From assembly GCA_027623675.1 (NCBI GenBank), contig JAQBVF010000004.1, positions 64,001 through 128,000 on the forward strand: a DNA stretch of 64,000 bases, given 5' to 3'. Numbering within the stretch: the first letter of the stretch is position 1; each line of letters opens with the position of its first letter. The position numbers and the translations under genes are program-made. Under the pieces are notes generated by a model. The model searched no databases. It saw nothing but the letters and a program-made list of their open reading frames with translations, and was not told where the DNA came from. Source of the stretch: Chloroflexota bacterium (GTDB lineage: Bacteria > Chloroflexota > Dehalococcoidia > Lucifugimonadales > UBA3495). Of this stretch, positions 53,057 to 62,222 are shown in pieces.

Positions 53057-54196
53057 ATGGTATCAACCAAGAAAGATCCCGTCCTGGCAGTGCTTTCCTT
53101 GTCCGGGGGTAACGACGGACTAAACTGCGTCATCCCTCGCAACAACGGCTTCTACCGGGACTTCCGGCCCACCTTGGCCGTGCCCGAAGATCAGATCATT
53201 CCCATCAACGATGAACTGGGCTTCCACCCCACGATGGGCCCTCTGAAGAAGTACTGGGACGAGGGCAAGCTGGCCATTTTCGTCGGCATCGGATATCCCA
53301 CGCCCAGCTACTCCCACTTCCGTTCCATGGACATCTGGCACACCTGCGAGCCGGAAAAGATTGGAACCGAGGGTTGGCTGGGACGCGCCACCAAACAGTT
53401 GGACGCCAACTCCGAGAACGTGCTGACCGCCGTTAACTTCGGCCGAGGCCTCCCCCGTGCATTGGTCATGGACGGCGTGCCTGTCGCGTCCGTCGGTAAC
53501 CTGGAGACCTATGGTCTGCTGACCGGCATCGAGGGCGAGAACCAGCGGAACGATGCGCTAGACGTATTTGGTCGCATGTACGCCCCCGCCATCGGCACCG
53601 GCGCCGTCATGGATTACATCCACCAGACCGGCACCGACGCTCTCAAGGGCGCCGACATCCTGTCCACCGCACCGGACAAGTACACTTCCAACGTTGAGTA
53701 CTCGAACACCGCTATCGGGCAGTACATGAAAAACATCGTGCAGACCCACCTCGCCGGCTTCGGCACGCGGGTTCTGTATACCACCTCGCCTTACAATGGC
53801 TTCGACTCCCACGCCAACCAGGCGCAGGCCAACGCAGGACTGTTGACCGACGTTTCCAACACCGTGGACACGTTCATGACCGACCTGCGTGATCACGACG
53901 CCAGCGACGAAGTTACCCTGATGTTCTTCAGCGAGTTTGGCCGCCGCGTCGCCGACAATGGTTCCGGCACCGACCACGGCGCCGCCGGTGTGGCTTTCGC
54001 ACTGGGTGAGCACGTCAAGGGCGGCGTCTATGGCACGTATCCTTCCCTGGACCCGGCCCATCAGGAAGATGGCGGCAACCTCAAGTTCAACTTGGACTTC
54101 CGGTCTGTCTACTCCACCATCCTGGAAGACTGGTTCCAACTGGACGCCGAGCCCATCGTCGGCGGAAACTTCGAGCGGACCAAGTTCTTCGCCTAG
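53057..54196 (+). CDS. DUF1501 family protein
   Basis: LSGGNDGLN, Y..RP.L, GFHP, SHFRSMDIW, GWLGR, GFDSHANQ, SEFGRRV..N..GTDHG, V.GG.YG..PSL, DFRSVY..IL..W. Confidence 0.92.
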   Translation: MVSTKKDPVLAVLSLSGGNDGLNCVIPRNNGFYRDFRPTLAVPEDQIIPINDELGFHPTMGPLKKYWDEGKLAIFVGIGYPTPSYSHFRSMDIWHTCEPEKIGTEGWLGRATKQLDANSENVLTAVNFGRGLPRALVMDGVPVASVGNLETYGLLTGIEGENQRNDALDVFGRMYAPAIGTGAVMDYIHQTGTDALKGADILSTAPDKYTSNVEYSNTAIGQYMKNIVQTHLAGFGTRVLYTTSPYNGFDSHANQAQANAGLLTDVSNTVDTFMTDLRDHDASDEVTLMFFSEFGRRVADNGSGTDHGAAGVAFALGEHVKGGVYGTYPSLDPAHQEDGGNLKFNLDFRSVYSTILEDWFQLDAEPIVGGNFERTKFFA

Positions 54197-54323
54197 GCCT
54201 TGCTTAAAGGCTAAGCGTCCTTGATCTCGGTTACTAACGAAAGACGGCTGGCTGGGCCGTCACGCCGGCCACTGGTCAGGCTTGGGGCGGCCCAGCTCAC
54301 AACGCGACGAAGAGGTAAAAAAT

Positions 54324-55328
54324 ATGGCAACACATTTCTTCGGTCTAACCAACCGAACATTCCGCTATGACCATTCCGTCGGCCGGGCAGAATTCGCCGG
54401 AACTGGCTTCCGGAACGCCACCGACATGGCCATCGCGCCCGACGGTACCGTGTATATCTGCAACCGGTCCTATGAGAATCGGCCCGACGGCGTGCACGTG
54501 ACCGCTCTCACCCTGGACGAAGAGTACATCACCGAATTCGGCGGCTACGGCGAGGCCGACGGCGAATTCATGTGGCCCACGTCCATCGCTCTCGACAGTA
54601 AGGGTAACCTTTATCTGGCCGACGAGTGGTTGAACCGCATCACCAAGTTCACCAGCGACGGTGAGTACGTCAGCAAGTGGGGAACCGCTGGTTCTGGCGA
54701 CGGCGAGCTGAACGGACCTTCCGGCATGGCCATCGACGCCGACGACAACATGCTTCTCGTCGACAGCGGCAACAACCGGGTCCAGAAGTTCACCTTGGAC
54801 GGCAAGTTCATCAGCAAGTTTGGGTCGAAGGGCTCCGGCGACGGAGAATTCAACCTGCCTTGGGGCATTGCGCTGGACAACGATGGTCACATCTACATCG
54901 CCGACTGGCGGAATGACCGCATCCAGAAGTTCACCGCCGACGGCCAGTGGGAAGCCTCCATCGGCTACTCTGGCAGTGGCGTTGGTCAACTGAACCGCCC
55001 CAACGGCGTGGCGGTTGACGCGGATGGCGACATCTACGTTGCCGACTGGATGAACAACCGCGTACAGGTGTTCGCTCCCGACGGACGCTACGTCGCCCAG
55101 TTCAAGGGCGAGGCTGAGCTTTCCAAGTGGGGCAGGGACAAGCTTGGGTCCAACCCCGACATGATTCGGCAGCGCTCCCTTGCTTACAACAACGATCCCG
55201 ATTTCGAGAGGAAACTGGCCCATCCCTGCGCCGTCAAGATTGACCCTCAGGGCCGGATCGCCATCATCGACCACACCCGCAACCGGATTCAGGTTTACGT
55301 CAAAGAAACCAATCCCGTGCTGGTCTAG
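54324..55328 (+). CDS. NHL-repeat beta-propeller protein
   Basis: Repeated G.G.GE/QF..P.GIA.D..G.IYVAD..N.RIQKF..DG units. Confidence 0.92.
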   Translation: MATHFFGLTNRTFRYDHSVGRAEFAGTGFRNATDMAIAPDGTVYICNRSYENRPDGVHVTALTLDEEYITEFGGYGEADGEFMWPTSIALDSKGNLYLADEWLNRITKFTSDGEYVSKWGTAGSGDGELNGPSGMAIDADDNMLLVDSGNNRVQKFTLDGKFISKFGSKGSGDGEFNLPWGIALDNDGHIYIADWRNDRIQKFTADGQWEASIGYSGSGVGQLNRPNGVAVDADGDIYVADWMNNRVQVFAPDGRYVAQFKGEAELSKWGRDKLGSNPDMIRQRSLAYNNDPDFERKLAHPCAVKIDPQGRIAIIDHTRNRIQVYVKETNPVLV

Positions 55329-55344
55329 CCGGTACCCATCATCG

Positions 55345-55385
55345 AACAAAAAAGAGCCGGGGCATTGCCCCGGCTCTTTTTTGTT
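55345..55385. terminator. Bidirectional intrinsic terminator
   Basis: AACAAAAAAGAGCCGGGGC-ATT-GCCCCGGCTCTTTTTTGTT. Confidence 0.88.
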
Positions 55386-55436
55386 TCCTGACATCGGGCG
55401 ACTTTCGCTCCAATACCTCTTGGGGGAAGCCCAGCC

Positions 55437-55769
55437 CTACGGGCCTTCCGGCATTCCTCCGTCGATCCACGCCACTATCTCGTCGATCTCCTCGGGCTTG
55501 AGGAACGGTCCCCGCAACGGCATCTTGCCGGATGTGCCGACGCTCCGGGCCAACGACTTGACCAGGTTGGTCTCTCTGGCGGGGATGCCCGGTTCGATGG
55601 AACGGAGTCCCGAGAGCACGGAGTCCTTGAGTTCTTGGGCCGTCTCCCAATAATAGGCATGGATGCCGGGCAACGGCTGCCGGCCCCAGCGCTCGACCCA
55701 ACGGGCCATGATGCCGTCCAGAATCTCCTTCACCCGGGGCCAGTAAACAACTTGTACTTCTTCGCTCAT
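55437..55769 (-). CDS. Hypothetical protein with a cytochrome-c-like C-terminal signature but no CxxCH
   Basis: GKMPLRGPFL..EEI..I..WI..GMP. No Cys in the protein. Co-oriented downstream of mog. Confidence 0.65.
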   Translation of the reverse strand: MSEEVQVVYWPRVKEILDGIMARWVERWGRQPLPGIHAYYWETAQELKDSVLSGLRSIEPGIPARETNLVKSLARSVGTSGKMPLRGPFLKPEEIDEIVAWIDGGMPEGP

Positions 55770-55811
55770 GGTCACAGCTCTGATTTAAAGATCGAGATCG
55801 GGGAGTGCCAG

Positions 55812-56303
55812 CTAACGGGGGTGTTCGTTCACCGACTCGCGGTGGAGCAGCTCCAACGCGTGTGGTATGACAGGCATCACAACCTCGAGACACTCGTTCA
55901 CAGCCTTGGTGCTGCCAGGGAGTGTGATTATCAAGGTGTTGCCCCGTATACCGGCCACCGAACGGCTGATCATAGCCATCGGTGTGAATTGCAGAGTCTT
56001 GGCCCGCATCGCTTCCGCCATGCCGGGCACCTCTTTGTCCAATATGGCCAAACAGGCTTCGGGTGTAACGTCATACCGGCCCAGACCCGTGCCGCCGGTG
56101 CTCACTATCAGGTCAACATCTCCGGCGTCGGCCCACTCGGCCAACTTGCTCGAGATGGTGTCCTTGTCGTCGGTCACAATCTCGTAGCGGACCACCTTGA
56201 AGTTTTCGCCTTCGAGGAGATCCTTGATGGCCTGTCCGCTGCTATCGTCGCGGTTGCCCTGTGACCCCGATGTGCTGACCGTTAACACGCCTAAACCGAA
56301 CAT
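55812..56303 (-). CDS. MogA/MoaB family molybdopterin adenylyltransferase
   Basis: LTVS......DDSSG, V.DD...I, TGGTGL..YDVTPEA, PGMAEAMR, A.ISR..AGIRG.TLII.LPGS. Confidence 0.92.
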   Translation of the reverse strand: MFGLGVLTVSTSGSQGNRDDSSGQAIKDLLEGENFKVVRYEIVTDDKDTISSKLAEWADAGDVDLIVSTGGTGLGRYDVTPEACLAILDKEVPGMAEAMRAKTLQFTPMAMISRSVAGIRGNTLIITLPGSTKAVNECLEVVMPVIPHALELLHRESVNEHPR

Positions 56304-56420
56304 TTCACCCTCCGGGGAAATAATAACACAGGCAGAGCCCAGGCACGAGAAGGCCCTTGGCGTTACATAAGCCACGGCCTGGGTGAATTGGGAGCGTGCA
56401 CCGGCTGAGAACGGGTCAGA

Positions 56421-56449
56421 TTGACATCGAATTGGGCGCAATCTATAGT
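56421..56449 (+). promoter_or_regulatory. Sigma70-like promoter for the HIT and hydratase genes
   Basis: TTGACA, 17-nt spacer, TATAGT. Confidence 0.65.
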
Positions 56450-56487
56450 CACTACGCTAGCCGACCTGCCGGGAGAACCAACCGCCC

Positions 56488-56823
56488 TTGAATTCAAACC
56501 CCAGCTGCGTTTTCTGCCGCATCTCCGCCGGACAAGAACCCGCCAGATACCGCTATCTCGACGAAGACCTGATGGTCATTGTGAACAAGCTCACCTGGGT
56601 CCCACTGATGCTGTTGGTGATTCCCCGGGAGCACATGAGTCAGATACAACTCTGGAGCAGTGGTCTCCTGACCCGCATGGGCAACCTGGCGGTGGACATG
56701 GGCGCCATGTACGCCCCCAACGGCTTTCGGATACTATCCAACTTCGGACACGACGGCATGCAGAGCCAAGCCCACGGCCACATTCACGTGATCGGCGGCG
56801 TCAGCTTGGGTCCGTACGCCTAA
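56488..56823 (+). CDS. HIT family protein
   Basis: CVFCRI..G..PA, LVIPREH, N.G....Q...HGHIHVIGG. Confidence 0.88.
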   Translation: MNSNPSCVFCRISAGQEPARYRYLDEDLMVIVNKLTWVPLMLLVIPREHMSQIQLWSSGLLTRMGNLAVDMGAMYAPNGFRILSNFGHDGMQSQAHGHIHVIGGVSLGPYA

Positions 56824-56881
56824 ACCAGACCCGCCTCCCGGTAACCGGGTCCCGATTAACTCATCTTAGGAGCTATTTACA

Positions 56882-57658
56882 TTGGCTGAGACGATTCTTT
56901 ACGAGAAACAAGGCAACATCGTTACCATGACCCTCAACCGGCCCGACTCCCTGAACGCCATCAACCGGTTGCTGCGTAAGGAACTCGCGGATGCGATAGT
57001 TGAGTTCGACAATGACCCCGAGGCATTCGTGGCCATCATCACTGGTGCCGGCCGGGCCTTCTGTTCCGGACGGGACCTCAAGGAACGGGCCGAAGACAAC
57101 GCCAAGGGCGTTCAGGCCAGGGCCTCGGCCAGCATGACCAAGGACAGTCCCTTCATGTGGCCCCGCACCTGGAAGCCCATGATCGCCGCGGTCAACGGAT
57201 TCGCTCTCGCCGGTGGTTGGTCCATCGCCCAGATGTGCGACCTGCGTATCGCGTCCGAGGAGGCCAAACTGGGCATCTCTGAAACCAAGTGGAGCCTGCT
57301 GCCGCCCTTCGGCACCATTCTCCCCAAGCAGATGAACCTGGCGTCGGTGTTGGAACTGGTGTTGACCGCTCAACCGGTGACGGCCCAACGGGCCTACGAC
57401 ATGGGGTTCCTGAACAAGGTGGTGCCCGCTGGAGACCTGATAGAGGAAGCCGTGACCATGGCCCAGCAGATCGCCGACAACGCTCCCCTGGCCGTGCAGA
57501 CCTTCAAGGAACTGGCCTACCGGGGCCTGAACATGTCCAACCAGGATATCTCCGCTCTGACCTACCAGATGTACGACGCCCTACTCCTCACCGAAGATTC
57601 CAAGGAAGGCCCCAAAGCCTTCGCCGAGAAGCGCAAACCCCAGTGGAAAGGCCGGTAG
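56882..57658 (+). CDS. Enoyl-CoA hydratase/carnitinyl-CoA dehydratase family protein
   Basis: LNRPDSLNAI, AFCSGRDLK, KPMIAAVNGFALAGG, EGPKAFAEKRKPQWKGR. Confidence 0.92.
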   Translation: MAETILYEKQGNIVTMTLNRPDSLNAINRLLRKELADAIVEFDNDPEAFVAIITGAGRAFCSGRDLKERAEDNAKGVQARASASMTKDSPFMWPRTWKPMIAAVNGFALAGGWSIAQMCDLRIASEEAKLGISETKWSLLPPFGTILPKQMNLASVLELVLTAQPVTAQRAYDMGFLNKVVPAGDLIEEAVTMAQQIADNAPLAVQTFKELAYRGLNMSNQDISALTYQMYDALLLTEDSKEGPKAFAEKRKPQWKGR

Positions 57659-57684
57659 GCTCCAAGACCAAACCCAGCCCGATT

Positions 57685-57718
57685 AAAAAACCCCACTCCA
57701 ATCGGAGTGGGGTTTTTT
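57685..57718. terminator. Bidirectional intrinsic terminator
   Basis: AAAAAACCCCACTCC-AATC-GGAGTGGGGTTTTTT. Confidence 0.88.
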
Positions 57719-57728
57719 GCGCCAGGGT

Positions 57729-57835
57729 CCGCTCATGGTGAGCCTGTAAAACCACAGGTGGTGGTGGGCCATCTTGTTCACCGATAAGTGCTCTGGCTGC
57801 TGGCGGTCCTTCGACAAGCATCTCAGGATGAGCGG
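57729..57835. repeat. REP/MITE-like palindromic element, copy 2
   Basis: CCGCTCATGGTGAGCCTGTAAAACC ... TCCTTCGACAAGCATCTCAGGATGAGCGG. Same termini as 12768-12871 with an unrelated core. Confidence 0.75.
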
Positions 57836-57852
57836 GTGGTTGGGCTGCCTGC

Positions 57853-59016
57853 CTACAATTGGTACTCCGGCAGCCTGAGAAGTTGCTTGGCGATGACCAG
57901 GCGCATCACCTCGTTGGTGCCCTCGCCGATGATCATCAGCGGGGCGTCGCGGTAGTAGCGCTCCACCGGTGACTCCTTGATGTACCCGTAGCCGCCGTGC
58001 ACCCGCATGGACTCCATCGCCACTTCCAGGCAGACCTCACTGGCGAACAGCTTGGCCATGCCCGATTCCAGGTCCACCCTTTGGCCGGTGTCCTTCTTGG
58101 CTGCGGCGTCGTAGACCATCAGGCGGGCCGCCTGGATCTTCGTCGCCATGTCGGCCAGTTTGAGCTGAATGGCCTGATGCTCGGAGATGGGCTTGCCGAA
58201 AGTCTCCCTCTGTTGAGAGTATTTGATGGCGGCTTCAAAGGCGGCCTGGGCCACGCCAACCGCCCTCGCGGCCACGTTGATGCGGCCGGTCTCCAAGCCG
58301 CTCATGACCATGCCGAATCCCGCCCCCTCCTTGCCGCCCACCAGGTTGTCTTCGGGGATGGCATAGTTGTTGAAGTGAAGCTCGCAGGTGTCCAGGCCCC
58401 GGTAGCCCAGCTTGTCCAGGTCGCGGCCCACTTCGAACCCCGGCCCGCCCTTCTCCACCACGAACGCGCTGATGCCTCGGTGCCTGGGTTCCATGTCCGG
58501 GTCGGTGCGGGCCAGCAGGCAGAACATGTCGCCATAGCGGCCGTTGGTGATGAACATCTTGGTGCCGTTGATGACGTACTCTTCGCCGGACTTGGTGGCG
58601 GTGGTCTGTAGGTTGGCCATGTCCGTGCCGCCGCTGGGCTCGGTAAGGGCCAGGCCGCCCCGCTTGCGCCCCGAGGCCAGGTCGGGGAGGAACCGCTGCT
58701 TCTGCGCTTCGGTGCCGTAGTGAGTCAGCACGTAGGTCAGGATGTGGTGGGTGCCGATGGCCCCGCTTAGCGTCATGAACCCCTTGCTTAACTCCTCGAA
58801 GATGCTGGCGAAGGTGGTGTAGTCCAAGCCCATACCGCCGTACTCTTCGGGCACGGTGATGCCGAAAAGCCCCAATTCCTTCATGCGGTCGATCAGGTCA
58901 TGAGGCACCGTGTCGTCGCGGTCATGTTGGGCCGCCACCGGCTCCACCTCCCGCCGGACAAAGTCGCGGACCATGTTTACGATCTGGGCTCGGGCCTCGG
59001 GTGGTGTAGTCGTCAA
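57853..59016 (-). CDS. Acyl-CoA dehydrogenase
   Basis: LFGITVPEEYGG.G, ALTEPSGGTD, INGTKMFITNG, KLGYRG, GRINVAA, R..FGKPI..HQ, HGGYGY..E..VERYYRD...IGEGTNE. Confidence 0.95.
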   Translation of the reverse strand: MTTTPPEARAQIVNMVRDFVRREVEPVAAQHDRDDTVPHDLIDRMKELGLFGITVPEEYGGMGLDYTTFASIFEELSKGFMTLSGAIGTHHILTYVLTHYGTEAQKQRFLPDLASGRKRGGLALTEPSGGTDMANLQTTATKSGEEYVINGTKMFITNGRYGDMFCLLARTDPDMEPRHRGISAFVVEKGGPGFEVGRDLDKLGYRGLDTCELHFNNYAIPEDNLVGGKEGAGFGMVMSGLETGRINVAARAVGVAQAAFEAAIKYSQQRETFGKPISEHQAIQLKLADMATKIQAARLMVYDAAAKKDTGQRVDLESGMAKLFASEVCLEVAMESMRVHGGYGYIKESPVERYYRDAPLMIIGEGTNEVMRLVIAKQLLRLPEYQL

Positions 59017-59086
59017 CGGGATCTCCTAATCATGCCGGGAAGTTGAGTCTGTACCGGGCTTAAATACAGCCTAAGAAGTGATTGGC

Positions 59087-59115
59087 AGTCTATCCCAGGG
59101 CTCAGACACGGTCAA
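59087..59115 (-). promoter_or_regulatory. Possible sigma70 promoter for the acyl-CoA dehydrogenase gene
   Basis: Minus strand TTGACC, 17-nt spacer, TAGACT. Confidence 0.5.
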
Positions 59116-59120
59116 GAATG

Positions 59121-59152
59121 CAAGAACGGCGCTCACACAGGTGTGAGCGCCG
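59121..59152 (-). terminator. Probable terminator after ppdK
   Basis: Hairpin CGGCGCTCACA-CCTG-TGTGAGCGCCG followed by TTCTTG on the minus strand. Confidence 0.65.
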
Positions 59153-59184
59153 CTGAAAGACGAGGAAACCAAAGCAGATCGAGT

Positions 59185-61965
59185 TCAGCTTCCCGACAAG
59201 GCAGCCTGGGCCGCGGCCAGCCTCGCCACCGGCACCCGGTAGGGAGAGCAGCTGACATAATCTAGGGCTGCTTCATGGCAGAACACGACACTGGCCGGGT
59301 CTCCCCCGTGCTCGCCGCAGATGCCGATCTCCAGATTCGGCCTTTCCCGGCGGCCCGCGGTCACCGCGGCCTTGACCAGCGCCCCCACGCCCTCGGGGTC
59401 GATGGAGGCGAAGGGGTCATTGGGCAGCACCCCCTCGTCGATATACCGGCGTAGGAATTTGCCCTCGGCATCGTCCCGGCTGAACCCGAAGACCATCTGA
59501 GTTAGGTCGTTGGTGCCGAAGCTGAAGAACTCCGACTCCTTGGCGATCTCACCAGCGGTGAGCGCGGCCCGGGGAGTCTCAATCATGGTGCCAAACTTGT
59601 AATGGACCTTGACGCCCAACCGCTCCTGCACCTGGGATGCAACCAGGCTCAGGTCCTGCCGTAGCCGGTGTATCTCCTCCACGTCGACCGTCAAGGGAAT
59701 CATGATCTCCGGGCTAACGTCCAGGCCCTCTTGCGCCAGCAGAGCGCCGGCGGTGATGATGGCCTCGACCTGCATCCGGTAGATGGCCGGGAAGCTCAGG
59801 CCCAACCGGCAACCGCGGTGCCCCAGCATGGGATTGGACTCTCGGAGCGAGTCCACCAACTGGAGGAAACTCTCTTTCTCTTCCAATCTTGCCTCGGGCG
59901 CCCCCGAGTGACGGAGTTCTATCAACTCGGTGAGCAGGGTCTCATAGGGAGGCAGGAATTCGTGGAGTGGCGCGTCCAGCAGGCGTATGATCACTGGCCT
60001 GGAGCCCATCACCCGCAGGATGCCGCCGAAATCGCCGGTCTGCAATTCCTTGACCTGGTCCAGCGCCTGATAAAAGTCTACGACTGCTTGGGGGGCGTCC
60101 GGGTTGTCCTGCCGCCGGAACGCACGGTCATTGTTCTCTCTGCGCCACGATTCGGCCGCCTCCGCGTTCAGCAGCATCTGCCGTACGCTTGGCAATCGTT
60201 TGGGGTCCAAGAACATGTGCTCGGTACGGCAAAGACCGATGCCCTCGGCGCCCATATCCAATGCCTGGGCGGCATCGGACGGCGTGTCGGCGTTGGCCAT
60301 CACCCCCAGCCGGCGGGTCTGGTCGGCCCACCCCAACAGTTCTCGGGCCTCCGGAAGTTCGTTCAGGCTGGGTTGGACCGTTTCAAGCTCCCCCAGATAG
60401 ACCGAACCCAAAGCGCCGTCCATGCTGATCTGCTCGCCCTCACGGACGGTCTTGCCGGCGGCGGTGAACAGGCTGGCGTCCAGGTCAACTACGATATCTT
60501 CGCAGCCGACGATGCACGGCTTGCCCAGTCCTCTAGTAACCACGGCCGCGTGGCTGGTTACGCCGCCACGGCTGGTCACGACGCCCACCGCGGCTGTTAT
60601 GCCGTGGATGTCGTCGGGCTTGGTCTCCGGGCGCACCAGGATCACAGCCTTTCCGGCGGCGGCCAGTTCGGCGGCCTTGGTGGCGTCGAAACAGACCGTT
60701 CCCGACGCAGCCCCGGGGGACGCTGGTGCGCCGCGGGCCAGGAAACGGATTTTTAGAGCTTTTTCGGAAAGGGCGTCCGAGAACTGGGGCACCAGTAACT
60801 TGGAAATCTCTTCGGCATCCACTCTAAGCAGTGCCTGCGACTGGCTGATCAGACCCTCGTGGACCATGTCCACGGCCGTCTTCACCGCGGACAGGGCGGT
60901 TCGCTTGGCGCTGCGGGTCTGCAACAGGAAGAGACGGGCGTTCTCGATGGTGAATTCCACGTCCTGCACGTCGGCGTAGTGGGTTTCCAGGTTGTGGGCC
61001 AATTCCATGAGCTGACCGTAGGCCTCGGGGAGCACGTCATGGAGGCTGGCGATTGGTTGAGGGGTCCGCACCCCGGCAACCACGTCCTCGCCCTGGGCAT
61101 TGGTCAGAAACTCGCCGTAGACCTCGGCCTTGCCGGTGGAGGGGTTGCGGGTGAACAGCACCCCGGTGCCGCTGGTGGGGCCAAGGTTTCCAAAGACCAT
61201 GGACATTATGGTCACGGCGGTTCCCATGTCGTGGTCGATGTTGTTGTGTTGTCGGTAGAAGATAGCCCTGGGCGTGTTCCAGCTACGGAAAACGGCCTCG
61301 ACGGCAGACATTAGCTGTTCCCAAGGGTCGGCGGGAGGCTCGGAGCCGGTCGCTGCCTTGGCCACGGCCTTGAAGTCGGCCACCAAGCCCTGCAACTGCT
61401 CGGCGCTCAATTCGCTGTCCAGGGTCACGCCTGCCGCCTTTTTATGGGTGTCCAGCGCTTCCTCGAACGCCGCGGCATCCACGCCCATGACCACTTCTGA
61501 ATAGATCTGGAGGAAGCGGCGGTAGGCGTCGTAGGCCGGGCGGGGGTCGCCCATCATGTCGGCCAACCCCTCAACGATCTGGTCGTTGATGCCCAGGTTC
61601 AAGATTGTGTCCATCATTCCGGGCATGGAGATGCGGGCCCCGGACCGCACCGACACCAGAAGGGGGTTCGATGCCGACCCAAAGTCGTGCCCGATGGACG
61701 TCTCTAGCTCCCGGATGTTCTCTCTGATGGACTCTTCAAGACCCTGAGGAAGGGTCTGGTTCTTTGATAGATAGTCCCGGCAGACCTGCGTGGAGATAAC
61801 AAAACCCGGAGGAACTGGCAGTCCCATCCGGGCCATCTCGCAGAGGTTGCTTCCCTTGCCGCCGAGGAGGTCGGCCATTGCGGCGTTCCCCTCATCGAAC
61901 CGGTACACAAGCTTTGTGGTCCCAATTCCAGTTCCGATTCCGGTTCGGGGAGTGTGTATGGTCAT
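59185..61965 (-). CDS. ppdK: Pyruvate, phosphate dikinase
   Basis: LLGGKG.NL.EM, PLLVSVRSGA..SMPGMMDTILNLG, AQGEDVVAG.RTP, GG.TSHAAVV (phospho-His), GIGLCRTEHMF, NPMLGHRGCRL, FSFGTNDLTQ, GICGEHGGDP, YVSCSPYRVP. GGAGG RBS before ATG 61965. Confidence 0.97.
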   Translation of the reverse strand: MTIHTPRTGIGTGIGTTKLVYRFDEGNAAMADLLGGKGSNLCEMARMGLPVPPGFVISTQVCRDYLSKNQTLPQGLEESIRENIRELETSIGHDFGSASNPLLVSVRSGARISMPGMMDTILNLGINDQIVEGLADMMGDPRPAYDAYRRFLQIYSEVVMGVDAAAFEEALDTHKKAAGVTLDSELSAEQLQGLVADFKAVAKAATGSEPPADPWEQLMSAVEAVFRSWNTPRAIFYRQHNNIDHDMGTAVTIMSMVFGNLGPTSGTGVLFTRNPSTGKAEVYGEFLTNAQGEDVVAGVRTPQPIASLHDVLPEAYGQLMELAHNLETHYADVQDVEFTIENARLFLLQTRSAKRTALSAVKTAVDMVHEGLISQSQALLRVDAEEISKLLVPQFSDALSEKALKIRFLARGAPASPGAASGTVCFDATKAAELAAAGKAVILVRPETKPDDIHGITAAVGVVTSRGGVTSHAAVVTRGLGKPCIVGCEDIVVDLDASLFTAAGKTVREGEQISMDGALGSVYLGELETVQPSLNELPEARELLGWADQTRRLGVMANADTPSDAAQALDMGAEGIGLCRTEHMFLDPKRLPSVRQMLLNAEAAESWRRENNDRAFRRQDNPDAPQAVVDFYQALDQVKELQTGDFGGILRVMGSRPVIIRLLDAPLHEFLPPYETLLTELIELRHSGAPEARLEEKESFLQLVDSLRESNPMLGHRGCRLGLSFPAIYRMQVEAIITAGALLAQEGLDVSPEIMIPLTVDVEEIHRLRQDLSLVASQVQERLGVKVHYKFGTMIETPRAALTAGEIAKESEFFSFGTNDLTQMVFGFSRDDAEGKFLRRYIDEGVLPNDPFASIDPEGVGALVKAAVTAGRRERPNLEIGICGEHGGDPASVVFCHEAALDYVSCSPYRVPVARLAAAQAALSGS

Positions 61966-62222
61966 GGGCTTCGCCCTCCCATCGCCTATCTCATCTGTTA
62001 AGCAGTTGCGCCGGTAAACCGTCGTACCGTGATGCGACAGCCCCAACATCAACCAAGCGACTATATACCGGACCGCTCTGACAAATCAACTTGAAGCGAA
62101 AAAAGAAAGGCCGAAATCCACGCCTAACGATTACGAAATACGTAGATATTCGGCCTTAAATTGTGGTAACCGTTAATATTTATGTCAGCCTGCCCGGCGT
62201 AATTGGGCCGCGGCCCAGGGCT

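Noticed and set aside
54500..55100. Periodic nucleotide similarity that could mimic a repeat array
   Set aside because: Explained by NHL protein repeats. No CRISPR-like identical repeats with spacers were seen anywhere in the window.
62162..62180. TGTGGTAACCGTTAATA, a LacI-like operator upstream of ppdK
   Set aside because: Imperfect palindrome with no supporting second site or regulator gene. Too weak to call.
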